From: an uncultured bacterium
GTDB lineage: Bacteria > Babelota > Babeliae > Babelales > JABCYS01
Assembly: GCA_963705705.1 (NCBI GenBank)
Contig: CAVPKK010000005.1
Coordinates: 160,001-224,000 of the forward strand
Direction: 5' to 3'
Length of the DNA: 64,000 nucleotides
The notes beneath the pieces were generated by a model. It was not told the DNA's origin. It did no database searches and saw only the letters and a list, made by a program, of their open reading frames with translations. Made by a program: the position numbers and the translations under genes. Positions 1 to 10,620 of the stretch are shown here, one piece after another (positions within the stretch are counted from its first letter, which is position 1; the number at the start of each line of letters is the position of its first letter).

Positions 1-1
1 T

Positions 2-1482
2 GAGTTCAATGGCACGTTTACCTCAATAAATTCATTTACGTCTGAATTCAATGGCACATTTACAATGCTTAATTTTATTGAGTCTTCTATAACTAACCTC
101 AGCGGAAATTCTGCTTTGTGTCCAACCACCCAGTTGTCAATGCCAGTCTTACTCAGCACCTATACTATTACACAACCAGGTGATTATCTTATTACAGCGA
201 CCGAGTTGACCTACCTTGGTGTAACTGGACCTGCGATCTTGATAAATGCTAGCAATGTAACGTTGAATATGTGCGGGCTATTGCGTCAAGGTAATACTAG
301 TCCAAACGTAGATGGTGTTGACGTCTCATCTACTCTGACGAATGTAAGTATTAACAGCGGCACCATTAAAATTTTACTGGCACTGGCATCTCAATTGGTG
401 GCGGCTGCGTTGCTGTGAACTTGGCAAATTTAACCACGTTCTCATGCGGTACTCGTGGTATTAGTGTAGGAAACGGTATATCGCCAGTTTCTGAGTTGAT
501 GATGAATAATTGTGCCTTGCTCCAATGCTGCCAAGGCAACAGTTCTGATAATGTGCTGACGCTTACCTATTGTATTGATCCATACGTCAACAATTGCACG
601 CTTAATCAAAATGGCGGCGCAAATGCCTTACGTGCTGTGGCCCTTTCAAAAGTATTTAATGGCGAATTTAATAACGTTACAGCTAATGAAAATGTAGCTG
701 GCGCGGGGTACAAAGGATTTAGATTAGATGGGATAAGTTATTGCCGATTTAACAGTTGCAAAACTAAAAATTGCATTGTTACGGGTGGCACTGCTAACGC
801 ACGCGGCTTTTCGCTTGAATTTATGACGTCAGCAACTGGCAATTATTTCTACGACTGTGCCGCTTTAAATATAAGCGGGCAAGGAGCAGTCGATGGATTC
901 ATAAGTGCAACCGGCTGCAACAACAATCATTTTGAAAGGTGTCAGTCGTCCTATAACACATCATATGGCGCCACTGCTGCAGCAATCGTAACCGGTTTTA
1001 ATATCACTAATACAGCTACGCAGATTATTGATTGCATAGTACAAAACAATAATGCTCCAAATACTATACTTTCTACTGGGTGCGTTGGATACTGGCTTAA
1101 TAATTGTACGAAATGCACCATAAACAATTGTCAATGTTATGACCTTTCGGCAAGCGCCACGGCAATTGGCTTTTGGAACTATTCAATACCAGGAGGAGCG
1201 GGAAATATTATTAGAGATTGTGTTGCTTCTGGATTAACTGGCCCAAGCGATGCATGTTTTAGACTTGATCCTACGTATACAAATGGCGCTGGTGGTAATA
1301 CAGGATTGCCAGCCGTAATGATTTACCGCAATCAGGCTCTTACAAATTTAAGTACTCAATTTTGTTATTCAAATTTTCCAAGTAATACTTATCAAGTACA
1401 AAACACCTTTGGCAGCTGGAATGGTAACAATAATCCCTGGATCAACGTAGGGATTAATTGGGGTAATAGCACGCCACACTAG
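2..1482 (+). pseudogene. Cys/Asn-rich right-handed parallel beta-helix repeat protein, 5'-truncated by the window edge, frameshifted at ~368-375
   Basis: Frame is open from base 2 (EFNGTFTSINSFTS-EFNGTFTML...). Adding one A to AAAA 368-371 joins ORF 65..418 to 415..1482 (GTIKNFTGTGISIGGGC, like paralog GTIQAITGTGIGIAYGC). Motif YTITQPGDY...ILINASNVTLN. Confidence 0.75.
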
Positions 1483-1533
1483 GAAAGGAGTTAGGATGAT
1501 GAATTTATTTATGGCCACCGTAAATACGGGATC

Positions 1534-2889
1534 ATGATGAACAGAAAAATGTTAAAAAATACATATATTCTTTTTATGGCTTGCTGCTGGATTATTAACC
1601 TCTATGCGCCATGTATTATTATTGCAGAGGCGGGGACTTATTTTATTGGCGGCAACCTCAACTGGGCTCCGAGTTTTGCTAACGATGCCATTATTGAAAT
1701 AACAGCGAGTGATGTTCTCTTGGATTTGGGTGGCAATGTACTTACACAAGCTAATCTTGTTTCACCATGCAATGGTATTGTAGTTGACCCAGGTCTGCTC
1801 AATGTTACGATTCGCAATGGGACTATCCAAGCAATCACGGGGACTGGCATAGGTATTGCATATGGTTGTTCAAATATAACCATTGAGAATATCCTAACCC
1901 TTTCATGCGATTTGCGTGCACTTTCTTGTGATGGTGCCCAAGGCGCGCAGATTAATGGTGTTAATATCAGGCATTTTAATGCTGGGGGATGTGGCGAGGG
2001 CATCGCAGCTGATTATGCGATGAGCTTCTATCAATGTTTGCATGTAAGCGCCGATAATATTCGCATTGCTAACTGTGGTTATCCAACACACAACTATAGT
2101 GGGCTTAGGCTTAATAGCGTCAATGGATCGGTTTTTAGCAGTATAGTCATCGATTCAAATTTTGCAGCCTCTATTAACAGAGGTTTTGATTTTACTGCCG
2201 TTACCGATACACGCCTTTCCGGGCTTGCTTGTCGCGGCGGATCTGTATTGCCCAATGGTACTTCTATTGGATTTGATTTACAAAGTTCTTGTACACATGC
2301 GGCGTTTGATGAATGTATTGCGCTGTCACAAGCTGCTTTGGGGCCAAATGGGGCGGCCATTGGGTTTAGGGTCCAACAAGGCAACGATAGTAATTGACTG
2401 CGTCAATGTCGCACTACCGGTCAATCGGGTGCTACTGCAACAGGATTCTGGCTCATTGGGGCTACACTTAGCGGATTGAGGGATTGTTTGACGCATAACA
2501 CCATGTCATCCCTAGCAACGGGCACGGCTATAGGGTTCGCTCTAACTTCTGCGAAAGATATTCAGGTGCTTGAATGTCTTTCCATTGACCATGTTTCTAG
2601 CGGAACAGCAATGGGTTTCAGCATAGATTCTTGTACTGACTGTTTGCTGAAAAAATGTGTTGCGGCAAATGTTAATGGTGCAAATGATTCTCAAACATAC
2701 GGTTTCTATTATATTGACGTTAATTCACGATGCGCATTCGTGCAGAATGTTGCATCACGCAATGGTTCAAGCGCAAACAGTGCAAATCAATTTTTTGGAT
2801 TTAATTCTTTCTCAAATACAGTTGTTGATGTTGAAACATCAGGGCCCGGAAATATAAGTGCGCCATGGACAAATATAGGACTTATTTAA
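1534..2889 (+). pseudogene. Secreted beta-helix repeat protein paralog with one in-frame TGA at 2395-2397
   Basis: ORFs 1534..2397 and 2476..2889 share a frame. Read-through gives GNDSN*LRQC, aligning with paralog GNDEVSYRQC. N-terminal signal-like segment; C-terminal PWTNIG motif shared with the paralogs. Confidence 0.75.
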
Positions 2890-3182
2890 CAGCAATATTC
2901 ATCTGCGTATTTTTGCAGCAACAAATGCATGCAGATCAAATTTTTGATGCAGTGTCGAAATTTGAAGAGGAACTGGTTGCTACCTTAGCGGCACTCGATG
3001 CGCCACTAGTTCCGGCGGAAAGCAAAATGCACCAGCCAATTATTGGTGATTATTTTCTAATAAATGAGAATGGCATTATCCAAATGACGCGGCTTCCTCT
3101 TGTGCAAGAGCAGGTGCATACTATAACTCTTGATTCCGGCGTGAAGATTTATTTTTGGCAGCCAAAGGACACCACATGCTAG
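2865..3182 (+). CDS. Hypothetical protein with putative signal peptide
   Basis: 105-aa ORF with a hydrophobic N-terminus ending MHA-D; overlaps both neighbours. Confidence 0.6.
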   Translation: MDKYRTYLTAIFICVFLQQQMHADQIFDAVSKFEEELVATLAALDAPLVPAESKMHQPIIGDYFLINENGIIQMTRLPLVQEQVHTITLDSGVKIYFWQPKDTTC

Positions 3183-3805
3183 CACCTGTTACAGCAACAT
3201 ATATCCAATTGTTTATGATTGTTATTGTCTTTCTGTTTGCTGTTTCTGTTCACGAATTTGCGCATGCCATTACAGCTTATTGGTTAGGTGATGATACTGC
3301 CAAGCGTGCAGGACGCATGACACTCAATCCATTTGCTCATGTTGATTTTTTCGGTCTACTTTTTTTACTTTTGTTTCGGATAGGCTGGGCAAAACCGGTT
3401 CCTATGGATGAACGGAATTTTTCTCATCCTAGATTATATTCGGTGCTCAGCGGCTTGGCCGGCCCGATTGCGAATTTGATTGTTGCACTTATTTCATTGT
3501 ATGGCGAAGCGTATATACCAAACTTATTAGGATCTGATGGTGCAGTGTTGGCTACATTATTCTTTAAGCTGAGCGCATGGGTGAATGTGATGCTTGCAGT
3601 CTTTAACTTTATTCCATTACCACCATTAGATGGATCTCATATTATTCGCGCGCTCATGCCGACGAGTTGGTTGCCTGGCTATTATAGCTTTATGCGTTTT
3701 TCATTTTTAATTTTGCTCGTACTTATTTTATTGCCAACAACGCAACTATTGTTGTTGGAAAGTATTGAATGGACGCAGGAAATGCTGGAGCATTTGGTGC
3801 TCTAA
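3176..3805 (+). CDS. Site-2 protease family (peptidase M50) membrane metalloprotease
   Basis: HEFAH motif, NPFAHVD, GWAKPVP, FNFIPLPPLDG; ATG at 3176. Confidence 0.92.
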   Translation: MLAPVTATYIQLFMIVIVFLFAVSVHEFAHAITAYWLGDDTAKRAGRMTLNPFAHVDFFGLLFLLLFRIGWAKPVPMDERNFSHPRLYSVLSGLAGPIANLIVALISLYGEAYIPNLLGSDGAVLATLFFKLSAWVNVMLAVFNFIPLPPLDGSHIIRALMPTSWLPGYYSFMRFSFLILLVLILLPTTQLLLLESIEWTQEMLEHLVL

Positions 3806-3839
3806 TCTAATTCTTTGTCATTCTTGAAGGGAGTCTGTT

Positions 3840-5226
3840 ATGGACTACGTGCGCGCTTATGCGGTTGCTGGTTGTTGCTTTTTAGCGACTATATTATATG
3901 CGCCGTGCGTTCCAGATAACTGCTCCTGGCACATATCTTCTCGGCGGAGGCAACGCCGGTCTTAACTATGCACCATCTTCAGCCAATGATTCTATTATTA
4001 AGATTAGCTCTAGCGGGGTTATTCTTGACTTGGGTGGACACACTCTTAAGCAAAGCAATTTTGTAGCAGGCTTGAGTGGCGTTGTAATTGATCCCAACCT
4101 ATCAAATATCATTGTTCGCAATGGCTATATAAAAAATATAACTGGCGCAGGCATTTGCATTGGTGCAGGGTGTTCGGTCATTAATATTGAAAATATTGTG
4201 ACCATGTCGTGTGATACGCGGGCGATTTCATGTATCGGTGCCCATACTAATCTAATCAATAATTTAACCATCCGAAATTGTACATTAACAGGTTGTTGCC
4301 AAGGAGCTCTTGCCGATTATGTGGTAAGCCTTTCTGAGTGCGTACACACACAAATTATTGATTGCAATGCAACATGCAATGGCTTGCCCTCACTTTCAGC
4401 ATTGAGTGGCCTACATTTATTCAATGTAGCAAGTAGTCGGTTCAGTGGGATAAATATAAGCCGTCAACAGGCAAGTAGTACACTCCGCTGCATTGATGCA
4501 TCTGGAGTTACCGATGCTATGTTTGTAGATTGTAAAATAAAAAATAGCTTGATTGGGAATAATGGCACGGTTATTGGTATTGATTTGCTGGGATCGTGCA
4601 CGAATGTGATGTTTCAGCAATGTTATTGTTTGTCGGTCACATCTAATGGAACTTCAGCGACAACTATTGGCTTCAGAGTACAAGCAGGTAATGATGAAGT
4701 TTCGTATAGACAATGTGCTGTCGCTAATATGGTAGGCGATGGAACTCTATATGGATTTTATACAAGCGGTAATCGTACAAGCTATAGTGAGTGCATAGCA
4801 AAACGTGCCGCAGCAGGCTCGGGCAGCGCGATAGCATTTGAATTAAATCAAGCAAAAAACAGCAAGGTTAGTCGTTGCACGATTGAGGACTATAGCTCAA
4901 CCAGCGGAATTGCTGTTGGTATTGATATTCAAGGATTTGGAACAACTGTTGGTGGTATAGGTTTAGTTAATAATATCATTGGCTTTTGCGTTGATTCTAC
5001 TGCTGCTGGCGGTTATGCAATTCGTACGACAAATGCTGGTACAGCACCGACTGATTTATTTACGATTCAAAACATTGCCTATCGGACTGGCACAAGCGCA
5101 TCGAGCCTATTTGCGAATGTTAATACCAATAGTGTGCAAACAAACAATCTGTCAGCTCTACTTAATGGTGGCATGAATGGGGTTTTGGTTTCGCCATGGA
5201 CATCAATTGGAATAACCACGAATTAG
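3840..5226 (+). pseudogene. Third beta-helix repeat paralog; signal-peptide segment separated from the body by a frameshift at ~3909-3913
   Basis: GAAGGGAG RBS, then ATG 3840 gives MDYVRAYAVAGCCFLATILYAPC (cf. LYAPC in the paralog). One extra base precedes QITAPGTY in the ORF 3898..5226 frame. Confidence 0.75.
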
Positions 5227-5230
5227 TTTA

Positions 5231-6874
5231 TTAGATGAGCGCCTTGAGTGCCATCCAAAGAGAATTGGCTGCAAATACACCGGACCAGAAAGGTGTCCAC
5301 TCATCTGGCCGTTTGGTTAATTTGGTAAGCACTGCGCCGAAGGAAAGACCAAGAGTAATATTAATTGGCATGAGCAAGCCGCCGAGTACCCACATTGGGT
5401 TTAAATGAATGTATTTTAGTAGCGCTCCTACTACGGCACCAATCGCCAATACCCAAAGATCTACAGAACCCGATTTTACGAGCAATGCTCTTGTTTGTGC
5501 ACGTTGGGCAAATAATTCGGGGCTTCCTAATCCAAATTTCTTGATAAGTAAAAGTAATACGAAACTTACAATCAATGAGCTGATGGCGAGTCCAAAGAGT
5601 TGGTATCGTTTCATGGTGCCGCTGGATATGCCGCCCAAATGCCCCATTTTACGATTGAAGAGAATATCACTTGCAACACCACCACAAATTTCTACAAAAG
5701 TAGCAATGATCGTGATTTGAACGGGATTTGGTTTAAATATAAAGAGTGCAGGAACCATAACGAAAGTGGCCCAGCGTCCAAGTTGTGCAAGCCCAAGTTT
5801 TCCAGCGATTTCGAGCATCAGATAGGCGCATATGAGCGTAAAGACCACCAAGTATATCTGTTCAAATAGCGGAAATTCGAAATAGGATAAATAAGTAGCG
5901 ATAATAAATACTAGTATCCAAGTCTCAATGTTTTTAAAAATATTGGACAATGCAAATCCAGATGAGCCCGTTTTTTTATTAAAAAAAGATTTTATCCCTT
6001 TGACCAATGTTTTTGGTGTGCTGATGAATGATGATAACGTTCCAGCCACAATCATGCCGCTCGCAAATGCTAAAATAAAATTTTGGCTTGATATGTGCGG
6101 AAACCAAAGATGGTTAATCGTATCGGCACCAACAAACTTCAAAATTGCACCGGCGATCAACGGTGTCATTATTTCCAAGCCTGTTACAAAGCCAATTGAC
6201 CAATAAATTGGCATCATTTCGAACGGCATCGATGGAATTGTTAAGGGTCCAAATGATATTGCCGGGGAAAGAATAATTTTTTCAGGAATAAGCGAGCCAG
6301 TTAAACATCGGGGTATCCATGCCTGACAGATCGTAATGCCGGTTTGCAAAATACAGAATAATGTAGTGCCCAAAAAGCCAATGGTAAGTTCGTAAGCTTT
6401 GCTTAGCTGATGATGCGCCGTTACCATTTTGTAAGCAAGCTCACCTACGGCGAATGGTAGTTGCTGTTCGATGAGCATGCGATGTTCGCACCAATCGGCC
6501 AACATGATTCCAAGCCATCCGGCAATCAATGCAAGACCGCTAACCGCAAAAATAAATAGAGTAGGTTTTTCAATCCAATGATTGAATGTTGCGGGATCTA
6601 AAAAAAATAGGGTAGGGAAAGAGAAACCGAATGCGGTTGCTAAAATGCCGCCAACAGAGCCGCCTGCCACGGCTAACATGATGCGGCGATCAACATTTGT
6701 GATTGAGCTTATAAAGATTCGCATCGCAGCAAAAATGAGTGAAGCCATTAATACGAGGGTAGTGTTTATCCATGGGCCGATGCCGGTAGATATTGAGGTA
6801 TAAGCTAATACGGTAGTCGAAAAGGTGGCAAAGACAGCGGTCAATAGAATAGTTAACAACATAGACACTCCCAA
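5231..6874 (-). CDS. OPT/YSL family oligopeptide transporter
   Basis: Highly hydrophobic multi-TM protein with QLPFAVG and ELFAQRAQTRA (cf. LPAPQA) motifs. Confidence 0.7.
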   Translation of the reverse strand: MGVSMLLTILLTAVFATFSTTVLAYTSISTGIGPWINTTLVLMASLIFAAMRIFISSITNVDRRIMLAVAGGSVGGILATAFGFSFPTLFFLDPATFNHWIEKPTLFIFAVSGLALIAGWLGIMLADWCEHRMLIEQQLPFAVGELAYKMVTAHHQLSKAYELTIGFLGTTLFCILQTGITICQAWIPRCLTGSLIPEKIILSPAISFGPLTIPSMPFEMMPIYWSIGFVTGLEIMTPLIAGAILKFVGADTINHLWFPHISSQNFILAFASGMIVAGTLSSFISTPKTLVKGIKSFFNKKTGSSGFALSNIFKNIETWILVFIIATYLSYFEFPLFEQIYLVVFTLICAYLMLEIAGKLGLAQLGRWATFVMVPALFIFKPNPVQITIIATFVEICGGVASDILFNRKMGHLGGISSGTMKRYQLFGLAISSLIVSFVLLLLIKKFGLGSPELFAQRAQTRALLVKSGSVDLWVLAIGAVVGALLKYIHLNPMWVLGGLLMPINITLGLSFGAVLTKLTKRPDEWTPFWSGVFAANSLWMALKALI

Positions 6875-6877
6875 GGT

Positions 6878-6909
6878 CGCGCCACTATCCTTCGTTCAGA
6901 ATGGACGCG
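6878..6909 (-). repeat. Degenerate family-A palindromic element
   Basis: Reverse complement CGCGTCCATTCTGAACGAAGGATAGTGGCGCG resembles CGCGCTCATCCTGAG..CGAAGGAT..GCGCG. Confidence 0.45.
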
Positions 6910-6998
6910 GTTTACCGATTTCTCGCATTAGAGGTGCACCAATCTAGCATCATCAGCCATTTGCAACAACTCAGGATGTAGTTCAGTTCGTGCGAAGT

Positions 6999-8081
6999 TT
7001 ATACGATAGGATTTTGTGATTGGCTTTGGTGCAGAAATTCTTCCCAGGATGGGAAATCTGTGAGATGTATTAATGGGTTTTGGGCAATAAATAATTTTTT
7101 ATGCTGCAAGTAATGGTTGGCAAGATTTGCGAGCATCTGTTTCGCAGGGTGATATTCAAAACTCAATGTACTAAATAATCGGATTAAATTTTCGTCATTT
7201 TCGCGGATTTTAAATCGAATGCGCGTTGTATTTGGCGTTGTATAATCATCAAAATATGAGACAGAGCTCGATTCTATGCCAAATGAGGTAAGTAATGCCC
7301 GCAACTGTTCTTGAAATGCGACACCATAATCAGCATAGGGCGTCCGTTGTGATTGTTGGATAAAAATGCCATTAAAATGGTACTTCGTTTTCGCCGTTGG
7401 CGCTGCCATTCTGCAGCCGAGATAGGCAGACAAAAATAATTGTTGTTGCCATCGATTTGCTTCATGTAAAAGCCAAGAAGGTATTTCAAGCTTCTGTTCA
7501 CCCCGGTTGCCCGCAGGAAATCCAAGCGCATGCAACAGAATAACAGGTGGTGTAGAGGCAATCTGCAAGCGGTATGTTGTGCTGGTTTCAACAAGAGAAT
7601 AGAAATTCTTTGTTTTTCTGAACGGCTCAATTTTCAGTGTAATACTGGATGGGATGTTCAGCTTGAGAAGATCGGCCTGCACAAGATCAATAATTTCTTT
7701 CCGTGCATACACATCGATATATGGCCGATTATCTTTCGTATTGGACAGGCGGCCTTCGGATAATAGAAAACCGAAAATTTTTATCAGCTGCTGAAGGCGA
7801 CAATCATTTAGTTTTAATGGCAGGAAGTTTTGTTCCTTCAATACGCTCACAGCCCGATCACGGCGCGAGGGCGCGTGAATACTAAACGTATTTAGTGATT
7901 CCAAAATTCTTTGCTCATCAATAATAATAAAGTCAGATGATTCTTCGTGACTTTGGCCGGCGAATATGTTGGTTTGGAGGCAAGAGGAGGAGGTGGAAGG
8001 AGGGATTAAGGAAAGGTTAAGCGAGAAAAGTGAGTTGGTTGCAAGGAGGAAGGATGTCGTAATTAGCGTCAAAATGCGCAT
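6999..8081 (-). CDS. Signal-peptide-bearing protein with an intein-type (DOD/LAGLIDADG) endonuclease-like domain
   Basis: AGAAGGAG RBS before ATG 8081 (MRILTLITTSFLLATNSLFS). LAGLIDADG-like helices IFGFLLSEG and FLSAYLGCR; IPSWL; LLTSFGI. No splicing (Hint) motifs seen. Confidence 0.7.
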   Translation of the reverse strand: MRILTLITTSFLLATNSLFSLNLSLIPPSTSSSCLQTNIFAGQSHEESSDFIIIDEQRILESLNTFSIHAPSRRDRAVSVLKEQNFLPLKLNDCRLQQLIKIFGFLLSEGRLSNTKDNRPYIDVYARKEIIDLVQADLLKLNIPSSITLKIEPFRKTKNFYSLVETSTTYRLQIASTPPVILLHALGFPAGNRGEQKLEIPSWLLHEANRWQQQLFLSAYLGCRMAAPTAKTKYHFNGIFIQQSQRTPYADYGVAFQEQLRALLTSFGIESSSVSYFDDYTTPNTTRIRFKIRENDENLIRLFSTLSFEYHPAKQMLANLANHYLQHKKLFIAQNPLIHLTDFPSWEEFLHQSQSQNPIV

Positions 8082-8127
8082 TCTGAAACTCCTTCTTCTG
8101 AGAATGACGATTGGGTCGTTAAAAAAA

Positions 8128-8219
8128 TGGAGGAGGGTGTGGGAATCGAACCCACGAGACCCGTTTCGGGGCCTAACGGTTTTCAAGACCGCCGCAATCG
8201 ACCGCTCTGCCAACCCTCC
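8128..8219 (-). tRNA. tRNA-Ser(TGA)
   Basis: GGAGGGTTGGCAGAGCGG...GCGGT-CTTGAAA-ACCGT, long variable arm, GGTTCGATTCC, ends CCA. Confidence 0.95.
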
Positions 8220-8337
8220 AAAGAAAATTTCACAGAATGTAGCTGCCAATGCCCTTTTCCAAGCATCGATAAAAAAAGTAGTTTTTCAAAAATAATTGCG
8301 ACCGCTATTTTCGCATTAATCAATAATCAATTCAAGA

Positions 8338-8414
8338 TGGTGCGCCCATCAGGAGTTGAACCTGAAACCTTCAGATCCGTAGTCTGATGCTCTATCCAAT
8401 TGAGCTATGGGCGC
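8338..8414 (-). tRNA. tRNA-Arg(ACG)
   Basis: GCGCCCATAGCTCAATTGGATAGAGCA-TCAGA-CTACGGA-TCTGA...GGTTCAACTCC...CCA. Confidence 0.95.
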
Positions 8415-8481
8415 CTAATTATTGATGTAATTTTCAATGATCTTAACAAACGTATTTATTAATAGATGACGCTTGTTGTAT

Positions 8482-8573
8482 TGGCGGAGGAGCCGAGGCT
8501 CGAACTCGGATGCCAGGTTTTATCCCGGCCCTTGCTTAGCAGGCAAGTGCGTTAACCATTCCGCCACTCCTCC
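8482..8573 (-). tRNA. tRNA-Ser(GCT)
   Basis: GGAGGAGTGGCGGAATGG...CTTGC-CTGCTAA-GCAAG, long variable arm, ends GCCA. Confidence 0.95.
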
Positions 8574-8701
8574 GACTGTTCAAAGAGGACAAAAAGGATA
8601 CGATCTTCCCGATTTTATGCAAGACATCCCCTCGTTCTGTTGTCCCATAACTAACGGTGTGCTAAGGTATTGTCAATTATTGAACAAGATCTGGAGCTCC
8701 T

Positions 8702-9046
8702 ATGACCGAAGTCGCAAAAAATTGCATATTCTGCCGTATTATTAGGAAAGAGCTTCCTGCTGCTATAATCGAGGAAAATGATGATATCATTGTTATTAAT
8801 GATATAAACCCAAAGGCACCGGTTCACTGGCTTATTATCCCGAAAAAACATATTCCCGACCTCCAGTCGCTTGGGGAGGAAGATAAGCGGTTGGCCTGCA
8901 ATATGCTGTTCATGGCACAAGAACTTGCCAAGAAATTGCCGCCTCCTCATGCCTTTCGGCTTATTTCCAATAACGGAGCCAGTGCAGGGCAGCACGTCTT
9001 TCATATCCATTTTCATTTTCTCAGTGGCACACGCATGGAATTCTAA
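8702..9046 (+). CDS. hinT: HIT family (HinT/PKCI-like) nucleotide-binding protein
   Basis: CIFCRII, DINPKAPVHWLIIPKKH, GQHVFHIHFH. Confidence 0.9.
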   Translation: MTEVAKNCIFCRIIRKELPAAIIEENDDIIVINDINPKAPVHWLIIPKKHIPDLQSLGEEDKRLACNMLFMAQELAKKLPPPHAFRLISNNGASAGQHVFHIHFHFLSGTRMEF

Positions 9047-9354
9047 TGCTCATATTTGAGATCAAAGTTATTCCCAGTTCCGGTCGGATCGGTTGCACTT
9101 TAGATAGGTCTAGTATGCTCAAATGCGCGCTTAAAAGTCCAGCCGAAAACAATAAAGCCAATGAAGAATTGATTAAATTTATAGCCCGCGCGGTTGGTGC
9201 GCAGCAACATCAGGTTCATATTATGACCGGCCTTACGGCTCGAAAGAAAAGAGTCGCAATCGGTATCAATATCACCTATGCCCAATTGCTGCATTCACTT
9301 GGTATTACCGAACAGCAAACACAGGCCCTAAGCTCAGATGGGAGGGTAATATAA
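9046..9354 (+). CDS. DUF167 (YggU-like) protein
   Basis: IKVIPSS...LKSPAENNKANEELIKFIA...GLTARKKRV. Confidence 0.85.
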   Translation: MLIFEIKVIPSSGRIGCTLDRSSMLKCALKSPAENNKANEELIKFIARAVGAQQHQVHIMTGLTARKKRVAIGINITYAQLLHSLGITEQQTQALSSDGRVI

Positions 9355-10556
9355 TGCCATTGTATAAATGGAAAGGCGTTGATGTAACGGGGTTATCCTG
9401 TTCGGGCAAAGATGAAGCGATAAGTCAGACTGATCTGGAAAACGTTCTGAGATCACGTGGCATCGCAATACTACAGGCTAAAGAAAGCTTTTTGATCCAA
9501 TCGCGGATAGGAAAAATTTTTCCCGCCAAAAGGGGCCATACTATAAATGAGCTGCTTTTTTTTCCAAATTTGGCTGAACTGCTCGACGCAGGTCTTTTTA
9601 TTTCTGATGCCGTAACATTAATAGCCAATCAACAAAAGAAAAATAGCGAAGGCCTAAAGAGCATAAAAAATCAATTAGATAAAGGGCATCCACTGAGCTC
9701 TACGCTCGAGCCATTTGGGATATCGTCACTTATTTTATCTCTAATTCGTGCCGGCGAAGAAACCGCGAGCCTCCCGCAAACTACCCAACTGATTGCGCGT
9801 CATCTACACCAGCAGCAAGAATTTCGTTCGCGCATTAAGGCGGCGATTTATATGCCGATTATTACACTTGTTTTCTTCGTTTTCATGATGTTAGTGATTA
9901 TTTTCGGCCTGGTACCCAAAATTATTGGCCTATTCCCAAGTGGAACCAAATTGCCCTATGCGTTGACCGTGCTCAACTCGATCAATCACCTCTTCGAGTC
10001 CCCAATTGCAATGGTTGGCCTTGTAACGTTTTCTTCTGCATTAGGTGGCCTGGTTTTTTGGCTGAAAAATACCGGGAAGCCGTATCTTGACCGTATGGTC
10101 CTGCATATTCCTCTAATCCGCACCTGGGTTATTAATCGTAACATGGCAAACGTTTTGACTTCTCTGGGTATCATGCTCGACGGCGGTATTCCACTTTCGC
10201 GAGCTCTTCCTTTGGCGGGTCAGGGTTTAACCAATTCCATTTTGCGAACCAAATTTGAACACATTAGCCATGCCATAGATATGGGCACTCCTTTTAGTCA
10301 GGCAATCACGGAATATCTGGGCTTAGATGATCTAGCAATTGTTATGGCGTTGGGCGAACAAACAGGTCGACTGGCTCAGCTGGTCTCTCGGGCTGCTCGT
10401 GGATATGAAAAGCAATGCACTGAATTTTTGACCCTTATTACGCAAATTATCCAACCCGCGCTTATAATTATTCTCGGCCTGGGCATTGCAGGGCTGGTTG
10501 GAGCCGTCTATCTGCCGATATTAGAACTTGCACAGGGGATACCGCAAGGGATCTAA
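9354..10556 (+). CDS. pilC: Type II secretion F / type IV pilus PilC inner membrane platform protein
   Basis: MPLYKWKG start, AGEETASL, IKAAIYMP, GEQTGRL, IIQP...YLPI. Confidence 0.85.
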   Translation: MPLYKWKGVDVTGLSCSGKDEAISQTDLENVLRSRGIAILQAKESFLIQSRIGKIFPAKRGHTINELLFFPNLAELLDAGLFISDAVTLIANQQKKNSEGLKSIKNQLDKGHPLSSTLEPFGISSLILSLIRAGEETASLPQTTQLIARHLHQQQEFRSRIKAAIYMPIITLVFFVFMMLVIIFGLVPKIIGLFPSGTKLPYALTVLNSINHLFESPIAMVGLVTFSSALGGLVFWLKNTGKPYLDRMVLHIPLIRTWVINRNMANVLTSLGIMLDGGIPLSRALPLAGQGLTNSILRTKFEHISHAIDMGTPFSQAITEYLGLDDLAIVMALGEQTGRLAQLVSRAARGYEKQCTEFLTLITQIIQPALIIILGLGIAGLVGAVYLPILELAQGIPQGI

Positions 10557-10562
10557 ATGCGG

Positions 10563-10568
10563 TATAAT
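10563..10568 (+). promoter_or_regulatory. Candidate sigma70 -10 box upstream of the composite repeat and tRNA-Leu
   Basis: Perfect TATAAT right after the pilC stop; no clear -35. Confidence 0.35.
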
Positions 10569-10620
10569 GTTTCTTCATCTGCATGCTAGCTCACATTCAA
10601 AAAATAAGATGCAGGTTGAT

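Noticed and set aside
2395..2397. Genome-wide TGA reassignment (code 4 or 25)
   Set aside because: TGA terminates clearly complete genes such as cysS, glk, the ABC ATPase and atpF.
8082..8249. N-terminal 56 aa of ORF 6999..8249 and ORFs 7966..8295, 8127..8387, 8473..8745
   Set aside because: They overlap tRNA genes; the RBS supports a start at 8081.
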